DNA of 64,000 nucleotides, taken from the NCBI GenBank assembly GCA_025449535.1, contig JANWJF010000001.1:613136-677135 (forward strand), read 5' to 3'. A program made the translations under genes and the position numbers. Positions 9,320-17,761 of the stretch are shown here, piece by piece. Within the stretch, counting starts at the first letter, position 1; each line of letters begins with the position of its first letter. Origin of the DNA: Candidatus Saccharimonadia bacterium. GTDB taxonomy: Bacteria > Patescibacteriota > SICC01. The notes beneath the pieces were generated by a model, which did not search any database, was not told the DNA's origin, and was given only the letters and a program-made list of their open reading frames with translations.

Positions 9320-9823
9320 ATGATCGACCGGGAAACGTTTAACATCAGCTCAATCGCTGAATCGGACATCGAGCGAGAGCTCAGCAACTTCGCCGACGCA
9401 CCGTTCGTGCTCGACGGGGTCCGCTACGCTTCCGCCGAGTCGTTTTGGCAGGCTATCAAGCTGCCGGAGGGCAGCGTCGAACGGGAAATGATCGCCCGGG
9501 CACCCGGCCGCGTAGCCAAGCAAGTCAGTCGGTGTCTGGGTGACATCGACCACGTCACCTACCGAGGTAAAAGATACGAAGTGGGTACGGAGGACTATCA
9601 GGCGCTGATGTACCGGGCCCTGGAGGCCAAGTTCGACCAGAATCCCCATGCTCGGGCTCTCTTGTTGAGTACCGGGAGTGCGGAAATTACCCATGAGCTG
9701 CACCATCGCGATGGCAGTTTGATACCGGATAGCAAGACACTTCCTGCGAAAGTATTCACCGGGTTCCTGAAATCTCTTCGCGAACGGTATGCCGGTTCAG
9801 GTCGAAGCGGCAGAACTGTTTAG
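9320..9823 (+). CDS. NADAR family protein (YbiA-like, DUF1768; N-glycosidase/ADP-ribose processing)
   Basis: 167 aa; conserved NADAR blocks (FSNFADAPFVLDGVRYASAESFWQAIK, …EITHEL) characteristic of YbiA/NADAR. Confidence 0.7.
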   Translation: MIDRETFNISSIAESDIERELSNFADAPFVLDGVRYASAESFWQAIKLPEGSVEREMIARAPGRVAKQVSRCLGDIDHVTYRGKRYEVGTEDYQALMYRALEAKFDQNPHARALLLSTGSAEITHELHHRDGSLIPDSKTLPAKVFTGFLKSLRERYAGSGRSGRTV

Positions 9824-9825
9824 AA

Positions 9826-10998
9826 CTAGCGGTCCTTCAGCACGTCCCGGGCGGTCCGGGCCATCTCGGCCGCCTCGTCGCACTCGAGCACGAGGACCGG
9901 TGGCTTGCGGCGCGGCTTGCCGACCTCGTCGCCGCTGCCGGCGCGCCGGTTGCGGGCCTTGTCGAGGCCGATGCCGAGGTAGCCGAGGTCCGCGCAGATC
10001 CGTTCCCGCATCGGGAACGAGCGGAGACCCACGGTCCCGGTGAAGACCAGCAGGTCGAGTCCGCCGAGCGCCGCCGCGTATGCGCCGACGTACTTCCGTA
10101 CCCGGTAGGCGAAGACGTCGAGCGCCAAAGCGGCGCGCTTGTCGCCGCCCTGCTCGCGCTTCAAAAGTTCGCGAATGTCGCCGCTGCCGCCGAGGGCCAG
10201 GAGGCCGGCGTTGTGGTTGAGATCGTTCTCGACCTGGCGGGCCGAACGTTCGGCCGCCATCTCGAGCAGGATGCCCGGGTCGACGTCGCCGCTCCGGGTG
10301 CTCATCACCAGGCCTTCCATCGGGGTCGCGCCCATGGAGGTGTCGACGCTCTTGCCGCCTTTTAGCGCGGTGACGCTGGCGCCGCTGCCGAGGTGGCAGA
10401 CGACGGTCCGGGCCGGCATCCGGCCGTAGCGCTTCCGTACGTCACGGACGACGGATTGCAGGGACAGGCCGTGGAAGCCGTACCGGAACAAGCCGCGCCG
10501 TTCGGCGTCCCCGGACGGGATCGCGTACCGCCGGGCGACTTCCGGCAGCGTCACGTGGAACGCGCTGTCCGACGCGCCGATGACCGGCGCCGCGGGCAGT
10601 TCCTTGCGGACGTCGTCGAGCTCGGCCAGGGCCGGACCCAGGTGGAGCGGGCTGCGTTCGTAGGCCGTCCGGAGCTGGCGTTCATAATGCTCGTCGATGA
10701 CCCGGTGTTTCCGGAACGCCTCGCCGGAGGCCACGACTCGGAGCACCACCGCGTCGATGTCCTCACGGGACTTGAGCACGCCCGCGGACCGCGCCTGCCC
10801 CACGAACCACTCGGTGACGTGGTCGAGGCCGTCCGGCAACGGGAACCGCTCGGAGACGGCGCCGGACAGTTCCGCCACCACCTTGCCGTCCTCGTACTCC
10901 GCGTGGGCGGCCAGCTTGAGCGACGCGTCCCGGTAGAGCGCGAGCTTCTTCGAAGCGCTGCCGGGATTCAGGACCAGGATCAGGCGCGCCATCGCCAC
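9826..10998 (-). CDS. ackA: acetate kinase
   Basis: 390 aa; N-terminal ILVLNPGSASKK, ASKHH-family motifs; overlaps upstream xfp by ~19 nt (operon). Confidence 0.9.
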   Translation of the reverse strand: MAMARLILVLNPGSASKKLALYRDASLKLAAHAEYEDGKVVAELSGAVSERFPLPDGLDHVTEWFVGQARSAGVLKSREDIDAVVLRVVASGEAFRKHRVIDEHYERQLRTAYERSPLHLGPALAELDDVRKELPAAPVIGASDSAFHVTLPEVARRYAIPSGDAERRGLFRYGFHGLSLQSVVRDVRKRYGRMPARTVVCHLGSGASVTALKGGKSVDTSMGATPMEGLVMSTRSGDVDPGILLEMAAERSARQVENDLNHNAGLLALGGSGDIRELLKREQGGDKRAALALDVFAYRVRKYVGAYAAALGGLDLLVFTGTVGLRSFPMRERICADLGYLGIGLDKARNRRAGSGDEVGKPRRKPPVLVLECDEAAEMARTARDVLKDR

Positions 10999-13331
10999 TC
11001 CGCTATGTCGGTCGGGTCGTCGCCGTGCTCGATGACGTGCCGGCGGATCTCCGCCAGGCGCTTCTCGTACTTCGCCTTGAGGTGGTCCGCCCGGCGCCGG
11101 TCCAACAGCCGCCAGTCGGCGAGGGTCTCGAAGGCATCGATCGCCAGGTGGAACCGGTCCGCCTCGTTCCGGGCCAGCATGTCGAACGGCGTGGTGGTCG
11201 AGCCGGTCTCTAGGTAGCCATGGAGCGAGAACCGAGGATTGCCGCGTTCGTAGTCGAAGAGGATCGACTTCAGCGTCTCGGGGTAGCCGTGGAAGTCGAA
11301 GATCACGGGACGGTCCGGGGTGAAGTGCCGCTGGAAGGAGGCCTCGTCCACCCGGTGTCCGGCCGATCCGAACCCGAGGTCGGACATCGCGGTGATCGCG
11401 ACGAAGCGCAGCCGGGCGCCGGGGACTTCCTCGCGGACGATCTCCATCGCCGCCAAGGATTCCCGGGTCATGTGCGATCCGGTCGCGGAGAACACCAGGT
11501 CGGGCTGCGGGTCGGAGGCGAACCGGAAGGTATGCAGTCCCTCCTGCATCGCCCGCTTGCCCTCGGCATAGGACAGCCAGCTGATCTCGTTCTTCTTGGC
11601 GGCGATCAGCAGGTTGATCTGGTCGCGACTGCGGAGCATCCGGTCGACCGTCGCCAACGTGGAGTTGCCGTCGAACGGGAAGTAGGCGGTGATGAACTCG
11701 CCATGTCGCTGCAGCATGTCGTCGAGGAAGCCCGGGTTCTGGTGGGAGAACCCGTTGTGCTCCTGCCGCCAGGCGGACGAGGTCAGGACATAGTTGAGCG
11801 AGGGGTTGGGTTTCCGCCAGGGAATCGTCCGGGCGACCTTCACGAACTTGGCGTATTGGTCGGCCATCGAGCTGACGATCTGGATGAATGCCTCGTAGCT
11901 GGCGAACAGCCCGTGCCGGCCGGTCAGGAGGTAACCCTGGAGCATGCCCTGCAGGGAATGCTCGGAAAGCATTTCCATCACCCGGCCGTCCCGGGCCATG
12001 TCGCGGTCATCGGCGATCAACGGCCACTGCCAGCTGCGGGCGGTCTCGTCGAAGACGCCGTCGAGCCGGTTCGAGTAGGTCTCGTCCGGCGAGAACAGCC
12101 GCAGGTTGCGACTGCCGCGGGTGTTCCGGAACGCCCGCTTGAGGTACTCGCCGGCCTGGGCGAGGTTGCCCGGACCGGGCTGGCCGGGCCGCTTGACCGT
12201 GTCGGCGAGCTTGGACGGTTCCGGCAGCTTGAGCGGTTTGGTCTGCGCGCCGAAGGTGTGGCGGCTGAGGCCCATGCGCAGCCGGGCCGGCGGGACTAGG
12301 TCGCGGATGTCCTTGGAGAATCCGCGCTTCGGGTCGAACACCTCGTCGAACCCGTAGGAGCGCAGCCAGCGGTCGATCGACCGCAGGTGGTTCGGGTCCG
12401 TCTTGGCGTCCTTGGCGACCACCTGGTGGGAGCGGAAGGTCCCCTCGACCTTCTCGCCGTCCACGACCTTGGGGCCACCCCAGCCCTTGGGCGTGCGCAG
12501 GACGATCATCGGCCAGCGGGGCTTCACGACGTTCTTACCGGAACGGGCCGCGGCTTGGATCTTCCGGATCCGCTTGTACGCTCGCTCGAGCGCGGCTTCC
12601 ATGGCGTCATGCATGCCGCGCCCGGATGCCGCCACGTCCACGACGGCCGGCTCGTAGCCGTACCCGCGGAACAGCGTCTGCAGCTCGTCGTCGGCCATCC
12701 GCCCGTAGATGGTCGGGCCGGAGATCTTGTATCCGTTCAGGTGGACGATCGGCAGGACGGCGCCGTCGGTCTTCGGGCTGAGCAGCTTGTTGAGGTGCCA
12801 GGCCGTCGCCGTCGGACCGGTCTCGGCCTCGCCGTCGCCGATTACCGTCGCCACGATCAGGTCCGGGTTGTCGAGCGCGGCACCGTAGGCGGTCGACAGG
12901 GCATAGCCGAGCTCGCCGCCCTCCAGGATTACGCCCGGGGTGCCGGGATTGGCATGGCTGGGGAACCCGTAGGGCCAGCTGAACTGCTCGATGACGTAAC
13001 TCGCGCCCTTGGCGTCCGGCGTCGCCTTCTTGTAGAACTGTTCGAGCGTTCCTTCGATATAGAGGTTCGCCTGCAGGGCCGCGTAGGCGTGGCCCGGTCC
13101 CATCACGAAGAGCACTTCCGCCTTCTCCCGGCCGATCAGCTCGTTGAGGTGGGCGTAGATGAAGTTGATGCCCGGACTGGAGCCCCAGTGGCCGAGCAGG
13201 CGCGGCTTGATGTCCTTGGCGGTCAGCGGCCGCTCGAGCAGGGCGTTGTCCCGGAGGTAGATCTGGGCGGCGGACAGGTAGTTCGCGGCGCGCAGGTACC
13301 GGTCGATCTGTGCTTTGCGTGTCTGTTTCAT
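10980..13331 (-). CDS. xfp: xylulose-5-phosphate/fructose-6-phosphate phosphoketolase
   Basis: 783 aa; N-terminal …LLGHWGSSPGINFIYAHLN… ThDP-binding and XFP signature regions; typical length. Confidence 0.9.
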   Translation of the reverse strand: MKQTRKAQIDRYLRAANYLSAAQIYLRDNALLERPLTAKDIKPRLLGHWGSSPGINFIYAHLNELIGREKAEVLFVMGPGHAYAALQANLYIEGTLEQFYKKATPDAKGASYVIEQFSWPYGFPSHANPGTPGVILEGGELGYALSTAYGAALDNPDLIVATVIGDGEAETGPTATAWHLNKLLSPKTDGAVLPIVHLNGYKISGPTIYGRMADDELQTLFRGYGYEPAVVDVAASGRGMHDAMEAALERAYKRIRKIQAAARSGKNVVKPRWPMIVLRTPKGWGGPKVVDGEKVEGTFRSHQVVAKDAKTDPNHLRSIDRWLRSYGFDEVFDPKRGFSKDIRDLVPPARLRMGLSRHTFGAQTKPLKLPEPSKLADTVKRPGQPGPGNLAQAGEYLKRAFRNTRGSRNLRLFSPDETYSNRLDGVFDETARSWQWPLIADDRDMARDGRVMEMLSEHSLQGMLQGYLLTGRHGLFASYEAFIQIVSSMADQYAKFVKVARTIPWRKPNPSLNYVLTSSAWRQEHNGFSHQNPGFLDDMLQRHGEFITAYFPFDGNSTLATVDRMLRSRDQINLLIAAKKNEISWLSYAEGKRAMQEGLHTFRFASDPQPDLVFSATGSHMTRESLAAMEIVREEVPGARLRFVAITAMSDLGFGSAGHRVDEASFQRHFTPDRPVIFDFHGYPETLKSILFDYERGNPRFSLHGYLETGSTTTPFDMLARNEADRFHLAIDAFETLADWRLLDRRRADHLKAKYEKRLAEIRRHVIEHGDDPTDIAEWRWRA

Positions 13332-13407
13332 AGATTCAAAATTAGCTAATTAAAGCACATTTTAAGCGGTTTGTCAACGCTTCGGTACCCCCGTGTATCC
13401 TGGGCCC

Positions 13408-14139
13408 ATGTACCGGTCGTTGCCCGTATTCTTGCTCGCGCTCTGCCTGGCGGCGCCCGTCCCCGCGCTGGCGGTGACGCTGCCGGTCGAACGGTACTTC
13501 ACGAACCAGACGCTCAAGGGCTACGGGACCGTGGTGGACGACGCCTACCATGAGCGTCATCGCGACTTGTTCCCGAACAACGGCTTCCCGAACCGGTTCA
13601 CCGGAATCCACGCGGCGGTCGACGTGGAGTTCACGAGGCCGGCCGACGCGAGGCGGGAGGTACCAGTCCGGGCAGTGACGGGCGGGACGGTCATCTATGT
13701 GGATGACGTCGCCGGATACGGCGGCTTGGTGATCGTCCGGCACGCGAAGCCGGAGCCCGTCACCAGCCTGTACGGCCACATCCGGCTGCGGGATGTCCCC
13801 GTCAAGGTTGGCCAACGCGTACGCGAAGGCCAGCGGATCGCGACGCTCGGCGCGCCGTTCAGCGCCGAGATTAGCGGCGCCCGCAAGCACCTGCACTTCG
13901 GGATCCACAAGGGTCCGGGCCTGGATATCGCCGGGCACGAGCAGACGCGCGAGCGGCTGCTGGCTGAGTGGTACAATCCGAACGACTGGCTGCGACGGCA
14001 TGGGGCGATGAAGACCCCGGACCCGGCGCCGACCGCGACCTCGGCGTCCTCGCCGGAACCTGCGACGGAGCCGGCCACCGAACAAAAAACGACATGGTTC
14101 GACAAGATCATCGACTGGTTCCGGAATCTCTTCAGCTAA
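13408..14139 (+). CDS. M23 family metallopeptidase (LytM-like) with signal peptide
   Basis: Signal peptide MYRSLPVFLLALCLAAPVPALA; M23 motifs HAAVD and LHFGIHKG; Pro/Thr/Ala-rich C-tail. Alternative GTG start at 13393. Confidence 0.8.
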   Translation: MYRSLPVFLLALCLAAPVPALAVTLPVERYFTNQTLKGYGTVVDDAYHERHRDLFPNNGFPNRFTGIHAAVDVEFTRPADARREVPVRAVTGGTVIYVDDVAGYGGLVIVRHAKPEPVTSLYGHIRLRDVPVKVGQRVREGQRIATLGAPFSAEISGARKHLHFGIHKGPGLDIAGHEQTRERLLAEWYNPNDWLRRHGAMKTPDPAPTATSASSPEPATEPATEQKTTWFDKIIDWFRNLFS

Positions 14140-14148
14140 GGGAGCTGC

Positions 14149-15090
14149 ATGGCGATCTCGCGTAAGAGCCGGGTCCTGCTGGCCGGCCTGATGACCGTCC
14201 TGATCGCAGCCGGGGCGGTGCTGTTCTTCGTGATCGGGACGACCGCCACCAAGGTGGTGGAGGACAGCGCTCCGGAACCGACGTCCACCCCGCGACCGCT
14301 GGAGATTTTCTTCGGCGACCTCACCGCGAACTCGCTGGACGCGGCCGACCTGCGCCGGGTCGCCGACTTCGAGCAGCCGCATGGGATCGGCGTCTTCGAC
14401 GGGACGCTGTACGTGTCCGACTGGGGCGAGGACAAGATCTACGCCGTGGATCCGAATACGGGCGACAAGCGCCTGCTGGCGGACGAGCTGGGCGGCGCCC
14501 ACGACATGGTGCTCGACGACGAGGGCTGGATCGTCACGCCGCTCTACAAGGAGGGCCGGGTCGTTCGCGTGGACCGGAAGTCCGGCGCGGTCGAGGAGCT
14601 GGCATCCGGGTTCGCCGGGCCCAATGGCATCGCCCGGGCGCGCAGCGGCTACTATTACGTCTCGAACGCCAAGGACGGCACCGTAGTGAAGCTCAGCCCG
14701 GACGGGAAGCGGAAGCTGACCGTGGCCCGGGGGCTCAAGGAGCCGGCGGGGATCGTCGTGGACAACGACAACATCGTCCGGGTGGCCCAGTACGCCGATC
14801 CGCGGAACCCGGTGGTGCAGATCTTCGACAACGGCAAGCGGAGCGTCGTCGTTCGGAACCTGGCCGCCGCCGAATCGCTGCTCTACGACGAACGGAAGAA
14901 TCTCCTGATTGGCCACGGCGATTCCGGTCGGGGCACGGTGACGATGTTCACCGGGCGCGGAGGCCTGGTCCGGGTGCTGACGACCTCGTTGCCGGTGCCG
15001 TTGGTCGGGCCGGTGACGGACGGCAAGTATCTTTATCTGCAGAGCGCCGCGCCGGGCCAGACCGGCGTGTATCGGATAAAGCTGCCCTGA
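14149..15090 (+). CDS. SMP-30/gluconolactonase/LRE-like beta-propeller protein, N-terminal TM anchor
   Basis: 313 aa; repeated beta-propeller blade-like segments (…GVFDGTLYVSDWGEDKIYAVD…, …GPNGIARARSGYYYVSN…). Confidence 0.5.
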   Translation: MAISRKSRVLLAGLMTVLIAAGAVLFFVIGTTATKVVEDSAPEPTSTPRPLEIFFGDLTANSLDAADLRRVADFEQPHGIGVFDGTLYVSDWGEDKIYAVDPNTGDKRLLADELGGAHDMVLDDEGWIVTPLYKEGRVVRVDRKSGAVEELASGFAGPNGIARARSGYYYVSNAKDGTVVKLSPDGKRKLTVARGLKEPAGIVVDNDNIVRVAQYADPRNPVVQIFDNGKRSVVVRNLAAAESLLYDERKNLLIGHGDSGRGTVTMFTGRGGLVRVLTTSLPVPLVGPVTDGKYLYLQSAAPGQTGVYRIKLP

Positions 15091-15113
15091 CGCTATACTT
15101 TGAAGAGTCGTCC

Positions 15114-15185
15114 GGCCCCATCGTCTAACGGCTAGGACGCCAGGTTTTCATCCTGGAAATCGGGGTTCGATTCCCCGTGGGGTCA
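15114..15185 (+). tRNA. tRNA-Glu (anticodon TTC), no encoded CCA
   Basis: Acceptor GGCCCCA/TGGGGTC (one G-U), D-arm GTC-TAACGGCTAG-GAC, anticodon stem CCAGG/CCTGG loop TTTTCAT, T-arm CGGGG-TTCGATT-CCCCG; closely parallels canonical bacterial tRNA-Glu. Confidence 0.85.
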
Positions 15186-15186
15186 C

Positions 15187-15828
15187 ATGCTCGAAGAGCT
15201 TATTCCAACGTACTGTGAACGTGTTGGCACCGGAATGTTTTCCGAGCCAGTCAACCTTATTAGTAACGTAGGATTTTTTCTTGCGGCGTACTTTTTATGG
15301 AAAAAGACACACGTGAAGCATCTTGGTGCGTCTGGTTATCTTTTTGCAGGTTTACTTTTTAGCGTTGGCGTTGGAAGTAGCATTTTCCATGCCTTTCCCG
15401 GGTCAGGGACTCTTCTGCTGGATGCCGTGCCAATTTACTGCTTCATTCTGGCTGTTTCGTTGGTACTTCTGAGTAAATTGTTTGGAATGGCTACAACAAT
15501 CGTTACGCTCATATCTTTTGTCGTGGTCCAGATATTGATTTCTACTCTTGTGCCAGTCGACTTTATCAACGGTTCAATGAGACACGTGACTACTTTCTTA
15601 GCTCTTGCTCTGCTAACTTTCGCCGCTTACCGCCAGACTGGCTCGAAGATCTACCCGCTCGTGTTCGCAGTCTTGGGATACGGAATTGCCATTCTCTTCC
15701 GCTCCCTCGACCTGACTGTCTGTGAATCTATATTTTTCGGTACCCATTTCATGTGGCACCTCCTTGTATCGCTAGCGGCTTACCTTGCTGTCAGTTACAC
15801 CATCGAGCTTCGCAAAACCTCTGTCTGA
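15187..15828 (+). CDS. 7-TM membrane hydrolase-like protein (alkaline ceramidase/CREST superfamily-like)
   Basis: 213 aa, ~7 TM; conserved His positions (IFHAF; HFMWH = HxxxH in last TM) reminiscent of alkaline ceramidase/hemolysin-III-type hydrolases; markedly A/T-richer than flanks; begins 2 nt after tRNA-Glu. Confidence 0.4.
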   Translation: MLEELIPTYCERVGTGMFSEPVNLISNVGFFLAAYFLWKKTHVKHLGASGYLFAGLLFSVGVGSSIFHAFPGSGTLLLDAVPIYCFILAVSLVLLSKLFGMATTIVTLISFVVVQILISTLVPVDFINGSMRHVTTFLALALLTFAAYRQTGSKIYPLVFAVLGYGIAILFRSLDLTVCESIFFGTHFMWHLLVSLAAYLAVSYTIELRKTSV

Positions 15829-15910
15829 GCATTCCGCTTGTTCCCGCTATTTAATTGACCGGGGGCCGCGCGCCACGGTACGGTAAACCTCGTATGCCCC
15901 GGGGGACAAA

Positions 15911-16606
15911 ATGATCAAGGTAGTGCACGTGAAAAAGGCGTACCCGAAAGGGAACGTCGCGCTGGAAGACGTGAGCCTGTCTATCAACCCGAACGAGTTC
16001 GTCTCGTTGGTGGGAGCGTCCGGCGCCGGCAAGAGCACGCTGGTGCGGATGCTGATCGCCGAGGAACGCCCCACCGAGGGTAAGATCTTCGTCAATGACC
16101 GGGACATCTCCCACCTCTCGCACAAACAGGTCCCGTTCTACCGCCGCAAGATCGGCGTCGTCTTCCAGGACTTCAAGCTGCTGGACCACAAGACGGTCGG
16201 CGAGAACGTCGCCTTCGCGATGGAGGTCTCCGGGATGAAGGGTCAGGAGATCAAGAAGTCCGTCCCCAAGATCCTGAAGATGGTCGGGCTGCTCGAGAAG
16301 GCCGACCGGTTCCCCCACCAACTCTCCGGCGGCGAGATCCAGCGCACGGCGATCGCCCGGGCGCTGGTCCACCAGCCGAAGCTGCTGATCGCCGACGAGC
16401 CGACCGGCAACCTCGATCCGGTGAACGCCTGGGAGATCATCCAGCTGCTCCTGAAGATCAACCAGTTCGGTACCACCGTGATCCTGGCGACCCATAACCG
16501 CGAGGTGGTGGACGCGCTGAAGAAGCGGGTGATCACGCTGAAGGACGGCAAGATCGTGCGCGACCAGAAGGTCGGCCGGTACTCCCTGAAGAAGGAGGCG
16601 GCATGA
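15911..16606 (+). CDS. ftsE: cell division ATP-binding protein FtsE
   Basis: Walker A GASGAGKST, ABC signature LSGGE, Walker B LLIADEPTGNLD; 231 aa; followed by overlapping ftsX. Confidence 0.9.
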   Translation: MIKVVHVKKAYPKGNVALEDVSLSINPNEFVSLVGASGAGKSTLVRMLIAEERPTEGKIFVNDRDISHLSHKQVPFYRRKIGVVFQDFKLLDHKTVGENVAFAMEVSGMKGQEIKKSVPKILKMVGLLEKADRFPHQLSGGEIQRTAIARALVHQPKLLIADEPTGNLDPVNAWEIIQLLLKINQFGTTVILATHNREVVDALKKRVITLKDGKIVRDQKVGRYSLKKEAA

Positions 16607-17520
16607 GCGCAGTCGTCACCGGCCCGCGGATCGTCCGCGCGGCGCTCCGGAGCTTCTACCGGAACGGCTGGCTGTCCGTGGCCGCCACCGCCATCGTCAC
16701 CTTTTCACTGGTGCTGGTCTCGATCTTCGCGTTGCTCCTGTTGCTCGGGACCAACGTGATTGCCGCGATCCAGAACAAGATCGACGTCGAGATCTTCTTC
16801 AAGGACGACGCCAAGGTGGCGGACATCCTTACCGTGAAGGAACAACTGGAGCGGAACCCGAACGCCGCCACGGTGAAGTACATCTCCAAGGCCGAGGCGC
16901 TCGGTATCTACAAGGGCCAATCCGACCGCAACAAGCGGTTGGTCGAGCAGATCTCCGAGGAGGAGAACCCGCTGCCGGCCAGCATCCAAGTGAAGGCGAA
17001 GAACTCCGACAAGCTCGACGCCTTCAGTGCCACGCTGGAATCCGACTTTGCCAAACCGCTGGTCGCCACCCGGTCCGACAAGGAGAACCGCGAGATCATC
17101 CAACGGCTCCAGCGGATCGTCGGGTTCATCCGGAGCATGGGACTGTTCGTCTCTCTGACGGTCCTGACCTTCGCGGTACTGGTGGTCTTCAACACGATCC
17201 GGATCGCGATTTTCTCCCGCCGCGAGGAGATCGAGATCATGCGGCTGGTCGGCGCCTCTAACGCGTACATCCGCGGGCCGTTCGTCCTGGAGGGCGCCTT
17301 CTACGGTATCATCGGTACGGCGATCGCCTTGCTGCTGGTGTATCTGCTCGTGCTGGCGTTCGGTCCGGCGATCAGTTCCTACCTCCGCGAGCTCAACGAG
17401 GACGTGCCGGCTTACTTCCGCGCCAACCTGCCGCTGATCCTCCTGATCCAGCTCGGCACTGGCATCGGGGTGGGCGTACTGTCCAGTTATATCGCCATCC
17501 GCAGGCACCTGCGGTCCTGA
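16603..17520 (+). CDS. ftsX: cell division permease FtsX
   Basis: 305 aa; N-terminal TM, large extracytoplasmic loop, 3 C-terminal TM; ATGA overlap with ftsE. Confidence 0.85.
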   Translation: MSAVVTGPRIVRAALRSFYRNGWLSVAATAIVTFSLVLVSIFALLLLLGTNVIAAIQNKIDVEIFFKDDAKVADILTVKEQLERNPNAATVKYISKAEALGIYKGQSDRNKRLVEQISEEENPLPASIQVKAKNSDKLDAFSATLESDFAKPLVATRSDKENREIIQRLQRIVGFIRSMGLFVSLTVLTFAVLVVFNTIRIAIFSRREEIEIMRLVGASNAYIRGPFVLEGAFYGIIGTAIALLLVYLLVLAFGPAISSYLRELNEDVPAYFRANLPLILLIQLGTGIGVGVLSSYIAIRRHLRS

Positions 17521-17561
17521 TGGGGGATAATTCTCCGGGTTTTCCGGCGCTTTTACCTGAA

Positions 17562-17584
17562 CCCCGCCTGAAACGGGCGGTTTT
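17562..17584 (+). terminator. rho-independent terminator after ftsX (stem ccgcc/ggcgg, loop tgaaacg, then TTTT)
   Basis: Hairpin plus T-run seen 42 nt after ftsX stop. Confidence 0.5.
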
Positions 17585-17690
17585 GACAAATCCCGCTTCG
17601 GAGGGAAATGGATACAGGCACGGGAAACGGGGATTCAGGACGTTTTTCGGGCCGTTAACTTTTGCCTCAACTAGGCACAAATCACGCTTT

Positions 17691-17719
17691 TTGACAGGGC
17701 ACCTCAGAACCCTATAATT
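17691..17719 (+). promoter_or_regulatory. sigma70-type promoter (TTGACA -17nt- TATAAT) for PcsB-like gene
   Basis: Perfect consensus hexamers with 17-nt spacer, 42 nt upstream of ATG at 17762; SD GGAGGAGAG precedes start. Confidence 0.6.
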
Positions 17720-17761
17720 ACCCTCGTTGTTGAAACAAGCCGGAGGAGAGAGACGCCCTAA

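Noticed and set aside
13342-14916. 524-aa ORF on minus strand overlapping the M23 peptidase and beta-propeller genes
   Set aside because: Its translation is Arg/Pro/Gly-rich and low-complexity, with no signal or domain. It is antisense to two plus-strand genes with clear motifs. Such long antisense ORFs are expected in high-G+C DNA.
17521-17690. Possible small RNA in the 240-nt ftsX/pcsB-like intergenic region
   Set aside because: Apart from terminator-like hairpins and the downstream consensus promoter, I could not identify a stable conserved structure or promoter for an independent transcript.
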